A DNA stretch of 64,000 nucleotides, taken from NCBI GenBank assembly GCA_045594565.1, contig JAZNYT010000010.1:321-64320 (forward strand), written 5' to 3'. The notes below the pieces were generated by a model. It was given only the letters and a program-made list of their open reading frames with translations, ran no database searches and had not been told where the DNA came from. Shown here piece after piece: positions 1 through 7,885 of this stretch. The position numbers and the translations under genes were made by a program. Position 1 is the first letter of the stretch, and every line of letters begins with the position of its first letter. The DNA is from Eubacteriales bacterium (GTDB lineage: Bacteria; Bacillota; Clostridia; Oscillospirales; SIG627).

Positions 1-1216
1 CCTTACAGTTGTTGAAATGGAATGCATTGAGTGTGTCTATCTCAACTCTGTGGAATATCTCCTTATATCCGATATCGGTAGCAGGTGCCTCGGCAAGCGT
101 ATTGTACATAAATCTGTTGATAAATACGTTCTTTATCTCGCAACCGTTGAAGTACATACCTATACCGCCGTCTGAGGTCATCATAAAGTTATCGAAAACA
201 GAATCGACAACGGAGTTTGCTATATATGCACCGAATCTTGCTCTTGTTACAACGTCGCGAACGATGATATTTCTCGTTTCGCCGGGTGTGTTAAGTCTGG
301 AAGGATAGTCACAGATATCTCCGATACGGATAGCCGCAAGCGCTCTATCCTTCTTATATTCGGGGGTAATGTCAACAACGTTCTTAATCTGCACGTTGTA
401 GATAACTCCGCCGCCTCTGTTGAGGATTCTTATAATGTCGCAGTTGTCACTCTGGTAGGAACGGACGTTGGAGATGATGATATCGTGAATGGAGGTATCC
501 ATATCACTTGTTTCAAGGAACCTGCCTGCAAAATTGGTAAGTGCTATGGTGTCGTCGCCGGTGAGTCCGTAGATGTTCTCAATAAGGAAGTTGTTACATC
601 CGACTCTTATGTCGATACCGTCCTGGTTGGGCACCTCGCCGAATGCCTCGAAGGTGATATCCGAAATATGTCCGTAGGTACAGAATTCAAAGCACATAGC
701 CCAATAACGAAGGTGAATAAAGCGAAGACCCTTAACTGTAATTCTGTCAACGTTTCTGAATTCGAGACCGCGGTTTACGGCGATAGAGGGAAGTCCTTTA
801 TATTTGATGCTCTTAACGAAGTTACCGTTTTCGTCATAGATATTGAAGTCCTTTTCAAAAACGCCGTTGTGCTTACCGCCGTCAAGCACCGCATTTCCCT
901 TTCCTTCAAGGCGGATATCGTGCTGCTTTGTGCTGCTTACGTACCATTCGCCGAAGTCGTCCGCCGAATCGTTTTCAAAGAAATGGATGTACGTATCGTC
1001 TGCAAGTCTTATGTGGCAGTTGTCGAGGGTAACGTAGCTTCCCGAATGAAGCTTGATGCTTTCGTCAAGCTCCCAAAGGCATTCTCCCGTTCTTTCGTTG
1101 AATCTGGGGATAACTACCTCTGCTCCGTATTTCACGGCTTCATCTACCGCCGCTTGAATCATTTTAGCGTCAGTGCCAAGCTCAAGATAGTCGTTAGGTG
1201 TGTAAACGTTCTTCAT
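1..1216 (-). CDS. right-handed beta-helix repeat protein (pectate-lyase fold / GH28-like); C-terminus lies beyond the window edge
   Basis: Absent from the ORF track because it runs off the left edge. My translation from ATG 1216-1214 (MKNVYTPNDYLELGTDAKMIQAAVDEAVKYGAEVVIPRF...) stays open for 405 codons. RBS GGAGGA at 1221-1226. Recurrent beta-helix-like rungs: ITVKGLRFIH, ISDITFEAF, NFLIENIYG, IHDIIISNV, VIYNVQIKNV, IIVRDVV. Confidence 0.6.
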   Translation of the reverse strand, partial: MKNVYTPNDYLELGTDAKMIQAAVDEAVKYGAEVVIPRFNERTGECLWELDESIKLHSGSYVTLDNCHIRLADDTYIHFFENDSADDFGEWYVSSTKQHDIRLEGKGNAVLDGGKHNGVFEKDFNIYDENGNFVKSIKYKGLPSIAVNRGLEFRNVDRITVKGLRFIHLRYWAMCFEFCTYGHISDITFEAFGEVPNQDGIDIRVGCNNFLIENIYGLTGDDTIALTNFAGRFLETSDMDTSIHDIIISNVRSYQSDNCDIIRILNRGGGVIYNVQIKNVVDITPEYKKDRALAAIRIGDICDYPSRLNTPGETRNIIVRDVVTRARFGAYIANSVVDSVFDNFMMTSDGGIGMYFNGCEIKNVFINRFMYNTLAEAPATDIGYKEIFHRVEIDTLNAFHFNNCK

Positions 1217-1236
1217 TTTTTCCTCCAAAATTTATA

Positions 1237-1602
1237 TTACCTCTCTTCAAGGTATCTTTTCATTGCATCAAAGGACCTTTCGCTTATAACGTGCTCAATT
1301 CTGCAGGCATCATCTGCCGCCGTCTTTTCGTCAACGCCAAGCGCTGTAAGAAGATTAGTGATTATAGTGTGTCTTTCGTATATTCTGTGCGCGGCTTCTA
1401 TTCCCGCATCGGTAAGAGTGAGATAGCCTTCCTCGTCCGACACAACGTATCCGCCCTGCTTCAGAAGTCCTACGGCACGGCTGACACTCGGCTTGGAATA
1501 ACCCATATATTCACTTATGTCCACAGAACGTACAGGCTTGTTTTTTCTCGTCAGAACGTATATGGTTTCAAGATACATCTCTCCCGATTCCTGAAGTGAC
1601 AT
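1237..1602 (-). CDS. DtxR/MntR-family metal-dependent transcriptional regulator
   Basis: 121 aa. Winged-helix segment YLETIYVL...VRSVDISEYMGYSKPSVSRAV followed by a dimerisation helix HRIYERHTIITNLL. Same strand as the beta-helix gene and 21 nt upstream of it. Confidence 0.8.
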   Translation of the reverse strand: MSLQESGEMYLETIYVLTRKNKPVRSVDISEYMGYSKPSVSRAVGLLKQGGYVVSDEEGYLTLTDAGIEAAHRIYERHTIITNLLTALGVDEKTAADDACRIEHVISERSFDAMKRYLEER

Positions 1603-1657
1603 CCCATCCCCTCCTTATCAAAAACATTATAGCACAAAAAAGTAAAAAAGCAATACG

Positions 1658-1945
1658 CTATTTTTCCTTACAGTAAGCCTGTATCGCAAGGCTCATATAA
1701 AACGCCGTTCCTTTTCCGAAAACGTCAATCTTTTCTCTGAAATCGTCCCCTGCGTACATAGCGCCCAGTGCTTCAAGAAGCTCGTCGGTGCACTCGTAAT
1801 AGTTGGCGCTCATAAAGCTCTGCCACCTTTTCACAAGGGCTTTTACCTCGGGAGAATCCACTCTCACTCCTGCATCCTTAAAGTCAACGAATTCATATAC
1901 TATATCGGCAAGGCCTCTGTCGAAGCCGTGAGCATCTCTTTTCAT
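1658..1945 (-). CDS. stand-alone TipAS-like antibiotic-recognition domain protein (no MerR HTH)
   Basis: 95 aa. ...SPEVKALVKRWQSFMSANYYECTDELLEALGAMYAGDDFREKIDVFGKGTAFYMSLAIQAY fits the C-terminal TipAS pattern. There is no room upstream for a MerR DNA-binding domain. Confidence 0.55.
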   Translation of the reverse strand: MKRDAHGFDRGLADIVYEFVDFKDAGVRVDSPEVKALVKRWQSFMSANYYECTDELLEALGAMYAGDDFREKIDVFGKGTAFYMSLAIQAYCKEK

Positions 1946-2020
1946 AAATACCCTCCTCCCAATCTTTACCTACATTTTAGCACATAAAAAAATTTATTCA
2001 ATGCTTTTTGAAAATAAAGT

Positions 2021-2049
2021 TTGAAATATTCGAAAATATATGATATAAT
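2021..2049 (+). promoter_or_regulatory. sigma-A type promoter (TTGAAA-17-TATAAT with TGn extension)
   Basis: TTGAAA 2021-2026, 17-nt spacer, TGATATAAT with the -10 at 2044-2049; about 30 nt upstream of the lipoprotein start. Confidence 0.6.
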
Positions 2050-2078
2050 TCTATTTGAAATATAAGGAGGTAACAGAT

Positions 2079-2822
2079 ATGAAGAAACTCGTTTTTTTGA
2101 CAATTACCGTTATTCTTGCCCTGCTCGTTACAGGATGTTCGGATACGGTTACAAATACAGAAGAATTTTTCCAATATGACCTTGTGCTTCGTCTGCCAAA
2201 GGGCGCGGTCATCGGAGAGGACTATACGCCCTCCGACGTTACCTCTCCCTATTACGACGAGTACCACGTTGCCGCAAAATCCGAGGACGACGTTATAGTA
2301 TTAAAAGCCGAGGGCTCTTACTTCGAGCCCTTTGAAATAAGCCTTAATCCCGATATCAAGAGCCTTGACTGCACCACCTCCGCCGTTCTGAAGGAAGGTG
2401 AGGAAAGAAAGATAATAAATTCCGCCGCAACCTACGTTATAGGTCTTTACTATGCGGCGCAGAACAGTGAAAAGGATATTCCTCTCGAAAGTTATCTTTT
2501 TTCGGGAATCTCCGATGAAGCAAAGAAAAAGCTTGAAGAGTACTACGGTCTTATAAAGTCCTCCTTCGCATCCCTTGACGAAGACGGAAGCGTCGATTCC
2601 CACGGAATGTACGACCTTATGTTTTCCGACTTTTTCGGAAACGTCACAAAGAATGACAACGGTACCTTTACCGCAAACGTTACCCTCTCCTATTCCTATA
2701 TTTTCAAGCATCCCGATAACGAGGATAACGACGTATTCTCAGATATAGTCATAAAAGTGGATATGACAAGAGAAAACGAAAAATGGGTAGTCATTGACCT
2801 TGAAAATCCGCTAATAATATAG
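2079..2822 (+). CDS. hypothetical lipoprotein
   Basis: ORF track 2055-2822. I prefer ATG 2079, preceded by AAGGAGG at 2064-2070. Signal peptide MKKLVFLTITVILALLVTGC with lipobox LVTGC. Confidence 0.7.
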   Translation: MKKLVFLTITVILALLVTGCSDTVTNTEEFFQYDLVLRLPKGAVIGEDYTPSDVTSPYYDEYHVAAKSEDDVIVLKAEGSYFEPFEISLNPDIKSLDCTTSAVLKEGEERKIINSAATYVIGLYYAAQNSEKDIPLESYLFSGISDEAKKKLEEYYGLIKSSFASLDEDGSVDSHGMYDLMFSDFFGNVTKNDNGTFTANVTLSYSYIFKHPDNEDNDVFSDIVIKVDMTRENEKWVVIDLENPLII

Positions 2823-2827
2823 AGTGC

Positions 2828-2861
2828 AAAAAAACAGCAGATCAGCTTCTGCTGTTTTTTT
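2828..2861. terminator. bidirectional intrinsic terminator between convergent genes
   Basis: AAAAAAACAGCAG-loop-CTGCTGTTTTTTT: a 13-bp stem with an A-run on one side and a T-run on the other. The stop codon of the minus-strand regulator sits in the loop. Confidence 0.7.
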
Positions 2862-3930
2862 CTCGTCTTCTCCTTCGTCTTACCGAATTTATGTGTCTTT
2901 CAAAGGAGCCGTCCGAAATAAGCTTCGCCAAAAGGAACTGCTCGAAGGTGGGAACGGTGCAGGAATAAAACGAAAGCTTTTTTTCAAATTCTTCGAAGAG
3001 CCTTTCGGGGAGCACCATATAAGCCGCTCTAAGGGATGAAGAGATAGTTTTCGAGAAGGTGTTTATGTAAATTACGTTTTCGTTTTTTGAAAGTGAAAAA
3101 AGTGTTTCTGCAGGCTTATGGAGAGGGGTAAATTCCGATTCAAAATCGTCCTCTACAATGAAAGAAGAGGTTTTTTTCGCCCATTTTACGTATTCGTATC
3201 TCTTTGAGGGTGTAGCTGTGACTCCGCTGGGGAAGCTTCTGTAGGGGGTTATGTGCAGAACGTTTGCACGCGTACGGTTAAGCTCGGAAGTGATGATACC
3301 GTCGGCGCCAAGCTTCAGGTGGTCTAGTCTCACTCCCTTTGCCCGATAGACCTGCTCTATCTTCATATATGACGGGTCCTCTATTCCCCATATTTTGTCG
3401 CGTCCCAGTAGCTCAACTATAAGTCCGTACAGGTATTCGGCACCCGAGCCGATGATTATTCTGTTGTACGGAACCTTTATCCCTCGGCTTCTGTAAAGAT
3501 GACCCGAAACAGAGCTTCTTAGCTCGTTCAAGCCATAGTTTTCGGTCTTCTGAAGTATCATTTCGCCTTTTTCCGAAATGACGCTTCTGACCGCCTTTGC
3601 AAACACCGAAAAAGGAAAGGAAACGTCGTCCTCGGGCAGTACCTCAGGGAAATTACGAGGCTCCTCCTCGGGCACTCCAAAGGTATCCTTTTCGAGATAG
3701 ATAACAAAATATCCGCTTCTCTGTCTTGCTTCGATATACCCTTCGTCCGCAAGAAGTCCGTAAGCATGCTCTACCGTTATTACGCTATACCCCGTTTTAT
3801 CGGACAAAGCCCTTTTAGACGGGAGCTTTTCGCCGTTTTTGTATACGCCCCTTACTATATCGCCTCTGACCTTTTCGTAGAGAGTGACGTATGCGGGCTT
3901 TGTAATCGTTCTTCCTAAATTGCGTTCCAT
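2842..3930 (-). CDS. GntR-family regulator with aminotransferase-like effector domain (MocR/PdxR-like), apparently short at the C-terminus
   Basis: 362 aa. GntR HTH (KLPSKRALSDKTGYSVITVEHAYGLLADEGYIEARQRSGYFV) followed by an AAT-fold region with a PLP-lysine context INTFSKTISSSLR. Ends at ...ERHINSVRRRRRR, roughly where full-length MocR proteins continue for about 90 aa. Confidence 0.75.
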   Translation of the reverse strand: MERNLGRTITKPAYVTLYEKVRGDIVRGVYKNGEKLPSKRALSDKTGYSVITVEHAYGLLADEGYIEARQRSGYFVIYLEKDTFGVPEEEPRNFPEVLPEDDVSFPFSVFAKAVRSVISEKGEMILQKTENYGLNELRSSVSGHLYRSRGIKVPYNRIIIGSGAEYLYGLIVELLGRDKIWGIEDPSYMKIEQVYRAKGVRLDHLKLGADGIITSELNRTRANVLHITPYRSFPSGVTATPSKRYEYVKWAKKTSSFIVEDDFESEFTPLHKPAETLFSLSKNENVIYINTFSKTISSSLRAAYMVLPERLFEEFEKKLSFYSCTVPTFEQFLLAKLISDGSFERHINSVRRRRRREKNSRS

Positions 3931-4025
3931 CTGGTATTATAAAAAACTCCTGTTTTGGTTATTTTAATATGTTCAGTTGTATTGTATACTCTTTTGTGTA
4001 AAAAGTCAACAGGAGATAACGAGAA

Positions 4026-4523
4026 ATGAATTCAACGAAAAAAATAATCACCGCCGCCATGCTTGCGGCTCTCACCTTTGTTGCTACTATAGTAATAAAA
4101 ATTCCATCACCCGTCGGCGGATATCTGAATTTAGGAGATGCTATAGTTCTTCTTTCGGGTGCGATGCTCCCTCCCCTCTACGCTTTTCTTGCGGCGGGAA
4201 TCGGCTCGGCGCTTGCCGATGCGGCGTTCGGATATTTCATATATATACCAGCCACCTTCCTTATAAAAGGTCTTATGGCGCTTTTAATTTCGTCTATATC
4301 AAAGCCTTCCATTTCAAGACCGCCCTTCCCCAAATTTATTGGCGGAATCGTTGCGGAAATTATTATGGTTTCAGGCTACTATATCTTTGAAGGCTTTCTC
4401 TACGGCTTCGGCCCTTCTATGATAAATATTTTTCCCAATGCAATTCAAGGTACAGTCGGTTTCATTATCGGTATGATACTCATAAAAATACTTGGAAAAT
4501 ACACGGATTTACGACACAGATAA
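4026..4523 (+). CDS. ECF-transporter substrate-specific (S) component, possibly vitamin B6-related by context
   Basis: 165 aa with about 5-6 TM segments. N-terminus KKIITAAMLAALTFVATIVIKIPSPVGGYLNLGDAIVLLSGAMLPP is typical of small ECF S components. Divergent from the MocR-type regulator. Confidence 0.65.
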   Translation: MNSTKKIITAAMLAALTFVATIVIKIPSPVGGYLNLGDAIVLLSGAMLPPLYAFLAAGIGSALADAAFGYFIYIPATFLIKGLMALLISSISKPSISRPPFPKFIGGIVAEIIMVSGYYIFEGFLYGFGPSMINIFPNAIQGTVGFIIGMILIKILGKYTDLRHR

Positions 4524-4534
4524 ACACCTATGAG

Positions 4535-4575
4535 ATAGGCGCAACGAAGGGTTGCGCCTATCTTTTGTTTTTTTA
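4535..4575 (+). terminator. intrinsic terminator
   Basis: ATAGGCGCAAC-GAAG-GGTTGCGCCTAT followed by a T-rich tract TCTTTTGTTTTTTT. Confidence 0.75.
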
Positions 4576-4616
4576 TGCAAAAATCGGCAAAAAAAGCAAC
4601 ATAACGAACAAAATTC

Positions 4617-4645
4617 TTGATTTTTATATATAACTATGATATTAT
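4617..4645 (+). promoter_or_regulatory. candidate promoter of the polysaccharide operon
   Basis: TTGATT 4617-4622, 17-nt spacer, TGATATTAT with the -10 TATTAT at 4640-4645. It is the only good promoter match I see ahead of the tightly packed 4.7-25.4 kb gene string. Confidence 0.5.
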
Positions 4646-4702
4646 ATAGGAAGAGTGTGCTAAAACAAAAGACTCATACTTTAAGAGAGGGTGGCGACAT
4701 CT

Positions 4703-5074
4703 ATGGTACAAATAATAAAATTTGCAATAGTGGGTTTAATTGCCGCCTTCGTAGACGTAAGCGTTCTCCTCCTTTTAAAAGAGGTATTTCTTCTGGACGT
4801 GCTTCTTTCATCGGGAATCTCCTTCGGCGTTTCGGTAACGGTGAATTATATATTGAGTATGACCTTTGTTTTCAAAGGGAAGAAGCAGAATAAGGCTTTG
4901 GAGTTTATCATATTTCTTCTCCTCAGCATCGGAGGACTTTTACTCAACGAGCTTATAATATGGCTGGGTGTGACGTATACGACCATTCACTACCTTGTGA
5001 TAAAATTTCTTGCAATGGTAATCGTTCCCGTTTATAACTTCATAACGAGAAAAATATTTCTCGAAGAAAAATGA
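4703..5074 (+). CDS. GtrA-family membrane protein
   Basis: ORF track 4691-5074; ATG 4703 preferred. MVQIIKFAIVGLIAAFVDVSVLLLL... with 4 TM segments and about 120 aa, the typical GtrA family architecture. Confidence 0.8.
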   Translation: MVQIIKFAIVGLIAAFVDVSVLLLLKEVFLLDVLLSSGISFGVSVTVNYILSMTFVFKGKKQNKALEFIIFLLLSIGGLLLNELIIWLGVTYTTIHYLVIKFLAMVIVPVYNFITRKIFLEEK

Positions 5075-5086
5075 GTGTGAAGAAAA

Positions 5087-5629
5087 ATGAACAGTACTTT
5101 TAAAAAAGACCTTTACAGATTTTACGGAGAAGAGGGAGAGCCCTTTTTGAAAAGGGTGTTCCGTCCTCTTGAAATTAAATATATCTCGCTATTCAGAAAG
5201 GCAAACGAATGCAATTTCTTGCCCTTAAAGCTTTTTTATACCGCGAGACTTCTTGCTTTATCGAAGAAAACACACATTCAGATTCCTGCAAGAACGAGCA
5301 TCGGCGAGGGCTTCTACATAGGGCATCTCGGACGCGTTATAATCCACCCCGACGCAAAGCTCGGTAAAAACGTAAACGTGGGCACGGGAGTTACCATCGG
5401 TGCAGAAAACCGAGGAAAAAGAAAGGGCGCTCCGATTATTTCGGACGACTGCTGGATAGGAACAAACGCGGTGGTAGTGGGAAACGTGCACATAGGAAGC
5501 GACGTGCTTATCGCTCCCCTTGCCTACGTAAATTTCGACGTACCCGATCACAGCATCGTTATGGGGAATCCCGCAAGGATAATACCGAGAGAAAACGCTA
5601 CGGAAGGCTACGTCCACAACCGTATATAA
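5087..5629 (+). CDS. hexapeptide-repeat (LbH) O-acetyltransferase, serine acetyltransferase-like
   Basis: 180 aa. IGEGFYIGHLGRVIIHPDAKLGKNVNVGTGVTIG...IGTNAVVVGNVHIGSDVLIAPLAYV shows left-handed beta-helix hexapeptide repeats. Confidence 0.8.
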   Translation: MNSTFKKDLYRFYGEEGEPFLKRVFRPLEIKYISLFRKANECNFLPLKLFYTARLLALSKKTHIQIPARTSIGEGFYIGHLGRVIIHPDAKLGKNVNVGTGVTIGAENRGKRKGAPIISDDCWIGTNAVVVGNVHIGSDVLIAPLAYVNFDVPDHSIVMGNPARIIPRENATEGYVHNRI

Positions 5630-5648
5630 AAAATAAGGGGGCGGCGAT

Positions 5649-7154
5649 TTGTCGAATACCGACTCAAGAATCAAGAACAATTTAATATCGTCACTTGTTT
5701 ATCAGGTAGTGCTCATAACGCTTAGCTTCCTTTTGCCGAGACTCTATCTCGAAAACTTCGGCTCGGAGGTCAACGGCATTCTTTCCACAATAAAGCAGAT
5801 ATTTATGTATATGGGTCTTCTGGAGGCAGGCGTAGGACTTGCCACCACCCAAGCTCTCTACAAAAGGATAGGAGAAAAGGACTACAAGAGTGCAAACGAG
5901 GTTATTTGTGCAACTCACTCCTATTACATACGTACAGGCGCAATATATCTGGCGATAGTGCTTATCATTGCAGTCCTTTACGCCTTCGTGATACCCACTT
6001 CTATAAGTAGCGGAGTAATATTTTCCATTGTACTACTCACCGCCCTCCCTGCTCTCTTCAGCTATTTTGTTCAGGCGAAATACAGAATTCTTATGGAGGT
6101 TGACGGAAGAAAGTACGTAATAAATAATTCCGAAACCGCGCTTCAGCTCATATCAAGCATTGCAAAAATACTCGTTTTGCTGCTCACCGACAGTCTCATT
6201 CTCATTCAGCTGGTTTACTGTATAATCGCGCTCTTTCAGCTCGCCTTTCTATACTTCTACGCTAAGCGCAGATATAGCTGGCTGGACCTTAAAGCAAGCC
6301 CCGACTTCAAAGCTATTTCCCAAAAAAACTCTGTGCTTGTTCATCAGCTTTCGGGTATGGTCTTCAACAATACCGACGTAATAATCATCTCTTTTCTCTG
6401 CGACTTTAAGGCGGTAAGTATTTACACCATATACAACATCTTCTTTTCGCAGGTACAGAATTTCATAACAAGTGTCGTTTCGTCCTTCACCTTCGCGCTT
6501 GGTCAGGCGTTTCATACAAACCGCGAAAAATTTGACAAACTCTACTGCGCATACGAAACCTTCTACGTTATGATGACCGCTATCATCTACACGCTTATGG
6601 CGGTATTCCTCCTCCCTCTCATACAGATATACACAAGCGGTATAAACGATGCGGAATACACCAACACTCTTCTCCTCTTTCTTTTCGTAATTATGAATAT
6701 TATTGCAAGCTGCAAGCTTCCGTCAAACATAGTTATTGAATTTTCGGGAGATTTTGAAAAGACACGTTCGCACGCAATATGGGAAATGGTGATAAATCTC
6801 ACGACTACGGTTGCGGCTGTAATAATTTGGGGAATATGCGGTGCTATAGTTGGAACGATTGCGGCGCTCCTTTACAGAGGAATTGTAACTATAAGATATT
6901 CGAACAGCGAAGTGCTTCACAGAAGTCAGCTTCGCACGTATAAGATAATTTTTTCAAACGCTTTGGTGTTTGCGGCAGTGATGTTAGTGTTCTTCGTGGA
7001 CACCTTCAGCGGAATGTCCTTCTTGAAGCTCCTTTTGAACGGTGTTATTCATTCTTTGTGGATAGTTCCCTTCTACGTAATTGTGAATTTCATATTTAAC
7101 AAGGATGCATTTAAAGCCGCTTTTGAATTGTACAAGGAGAAGAAAAATCAATGA
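5649..7154 (+). CDS. polysaccharide flippase (Wzx-like, MOP superfamily)
   Basis: 501 aa, TTG start, about 12-14 TM segments. The N-terminal NNLISSLVYQVVLITLSFLLPRLYLENFGSEVNGI is typical of oligosaccharide flippases. Confidence 0.8.
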   Translation: MSNTDSRIKNNLISSLVYQVVLITLSFLLPRLYLENFGSEVNGILSTIKQIFMYMGLLEAGVGLATTQALYKRIGEKDYKSANEVICATHSYYIRTGAIYLAIVLIIAVLYAFVIPTSISSGVIFSIVLLTALPALFSYFVQAKYRILMEVDGRKYVINNSETALQLISSIAKILVLLLTDSLILIQLVYCIIALFQLAFLYFYAKRRYSWLDLKASPDFKAISQKNSVLVHQLSGMVFNNTDVIIISFLCDFKAVSIYTIYNIFFSQVQNFITSVVSSFTFALGQAFHTNREKFDKLYCAYETFYVMMTAIIYTLMAVFLLPLIQIYTSGINDAEYTNTLLLFLFVIMNIIASCKLPSNIVIEFSGDFEKTRSHAIWEMVINLTTTVAAVIIWGICGAIVGTIAALLYRGIVTIRYSNSEVLHRSQLRTYKIIFSNALVFAAVMLVFFVDTFSGMSFLKLLLNGVIHSLWIVPFYVIVNFIFNKDAFKAAFELYKEKKNQ

Positions 7155-7885
7155 GTGTTCCGAAGGTAATTTATTATTGTTGGTTCGGACGCGGGAAAAT
7201 GCCCGCTCTTTCCGAGAAATGTCTTAAAAGCTGGAAAAGGTACTGTCCCGATTACGATATTGTTTGCATAAACGAGGATAATTTCGACATCAACCAAAAC
7301 AGATATGCAAAAGAGGCTTACGACGCAGGTAAATGGGCTTTCGTCAGCGACTATGCAAGGCTCAAGGTGCTTTACGAAAAGGGCGGAATATATCTTGACA
7401 CCGACGTTGAGATAATAAAGTCCATCGACAAGCTTACCGAAGGCGGTGGCTATATGGGCTTTGACGACAACGGTGTTGTTTCAACGGGTCTCGGCTTTGG
7501 ATGTGAAAAAGGGAACGAGCTTGTTCTGGCGCTTCTCAAGGATTACGACGATATCCCATTTGTTCTTGAGGATGGCAAATACGATATCACACCCTGTCCC
7601 GACAGAAACACCGAGACTATGAAAAGGCTTGGCATGGATATAACCGATCAGCATCAGATTTTTATGGGAATACAAATGCTTCCCGAAGAATATCTTTGTC
7701 CCATAAAATACTACACGGGAAAAAAGAAGATAACTAAAAACACTTATTCTATACATCACTTCTCTGCATCCTGGACTACACCTACCGCCAAAAGAACGCT
7801 TTTTGTAAAAAGGCTTGTGGGAGTCAAGATGTACGACAAGCTATACGGAAAGTTTTTGCATAAATTTAAATGGTTGGAGTGGTAA
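7151..7885 (+). CDS. glycosyltransferase, GT32-like (DXD sugar-binding region)
   Basis: 244 aa. IYYCWFGRGKMP...AFVSDYARLKVLYEKGGIYLDTDVEI matches the Gly_transf_sug / capsule-synthesis motif. ATGA overlap with the flippase stop. Confidence 0.8.
   Translation: MSVPKVIYYCWFGRGKMPALSEKCLKSWKRYCPDYDIVCINEDNFDINQNRYAKEAYDAGKWAFVSDYARLKVLYEKGGIYLDTDVEIIKSIDKLTEGGGYMGFDDNGVVSTGLGFGCEKGNELVLALLKDYDDIPFVLEDGKYDITPCPDRNTETMKRLGMDITDQHQIFMGIQMLPEEYLCPIKYYTGKKKITKNTYSIHHFSASWTTPTAKRTLFVKRLVGVKMYDKLYGKFLHKFKWLEW

Noticed and set aside
485-1426. 313-aa plus-strand ORF (plus nested ORFs at 843-1037 and 1198-1599) in the ORF track
   Set aside because: It is antisense to a continuous 405-codon minus-strand reading frame with a clear RBS and beta-helix repeats, and to the DtxR gene. 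The translation is low-complexity with no recognisable motifs, so it is a shadow ORF.
2040-2054. 15-nt identity ATGATATAATTCTAT shared between 2040-2054 and 59223-59237; considered as a dispersed repeat or mobile-element end
   Set aside because: Both copies are the extended -10 region of otherwise unrelated TTGAAA-17-TATAAT promoters in AT-rich DNA. The flanks diverge immediately, so this is most simply promoter convergence.
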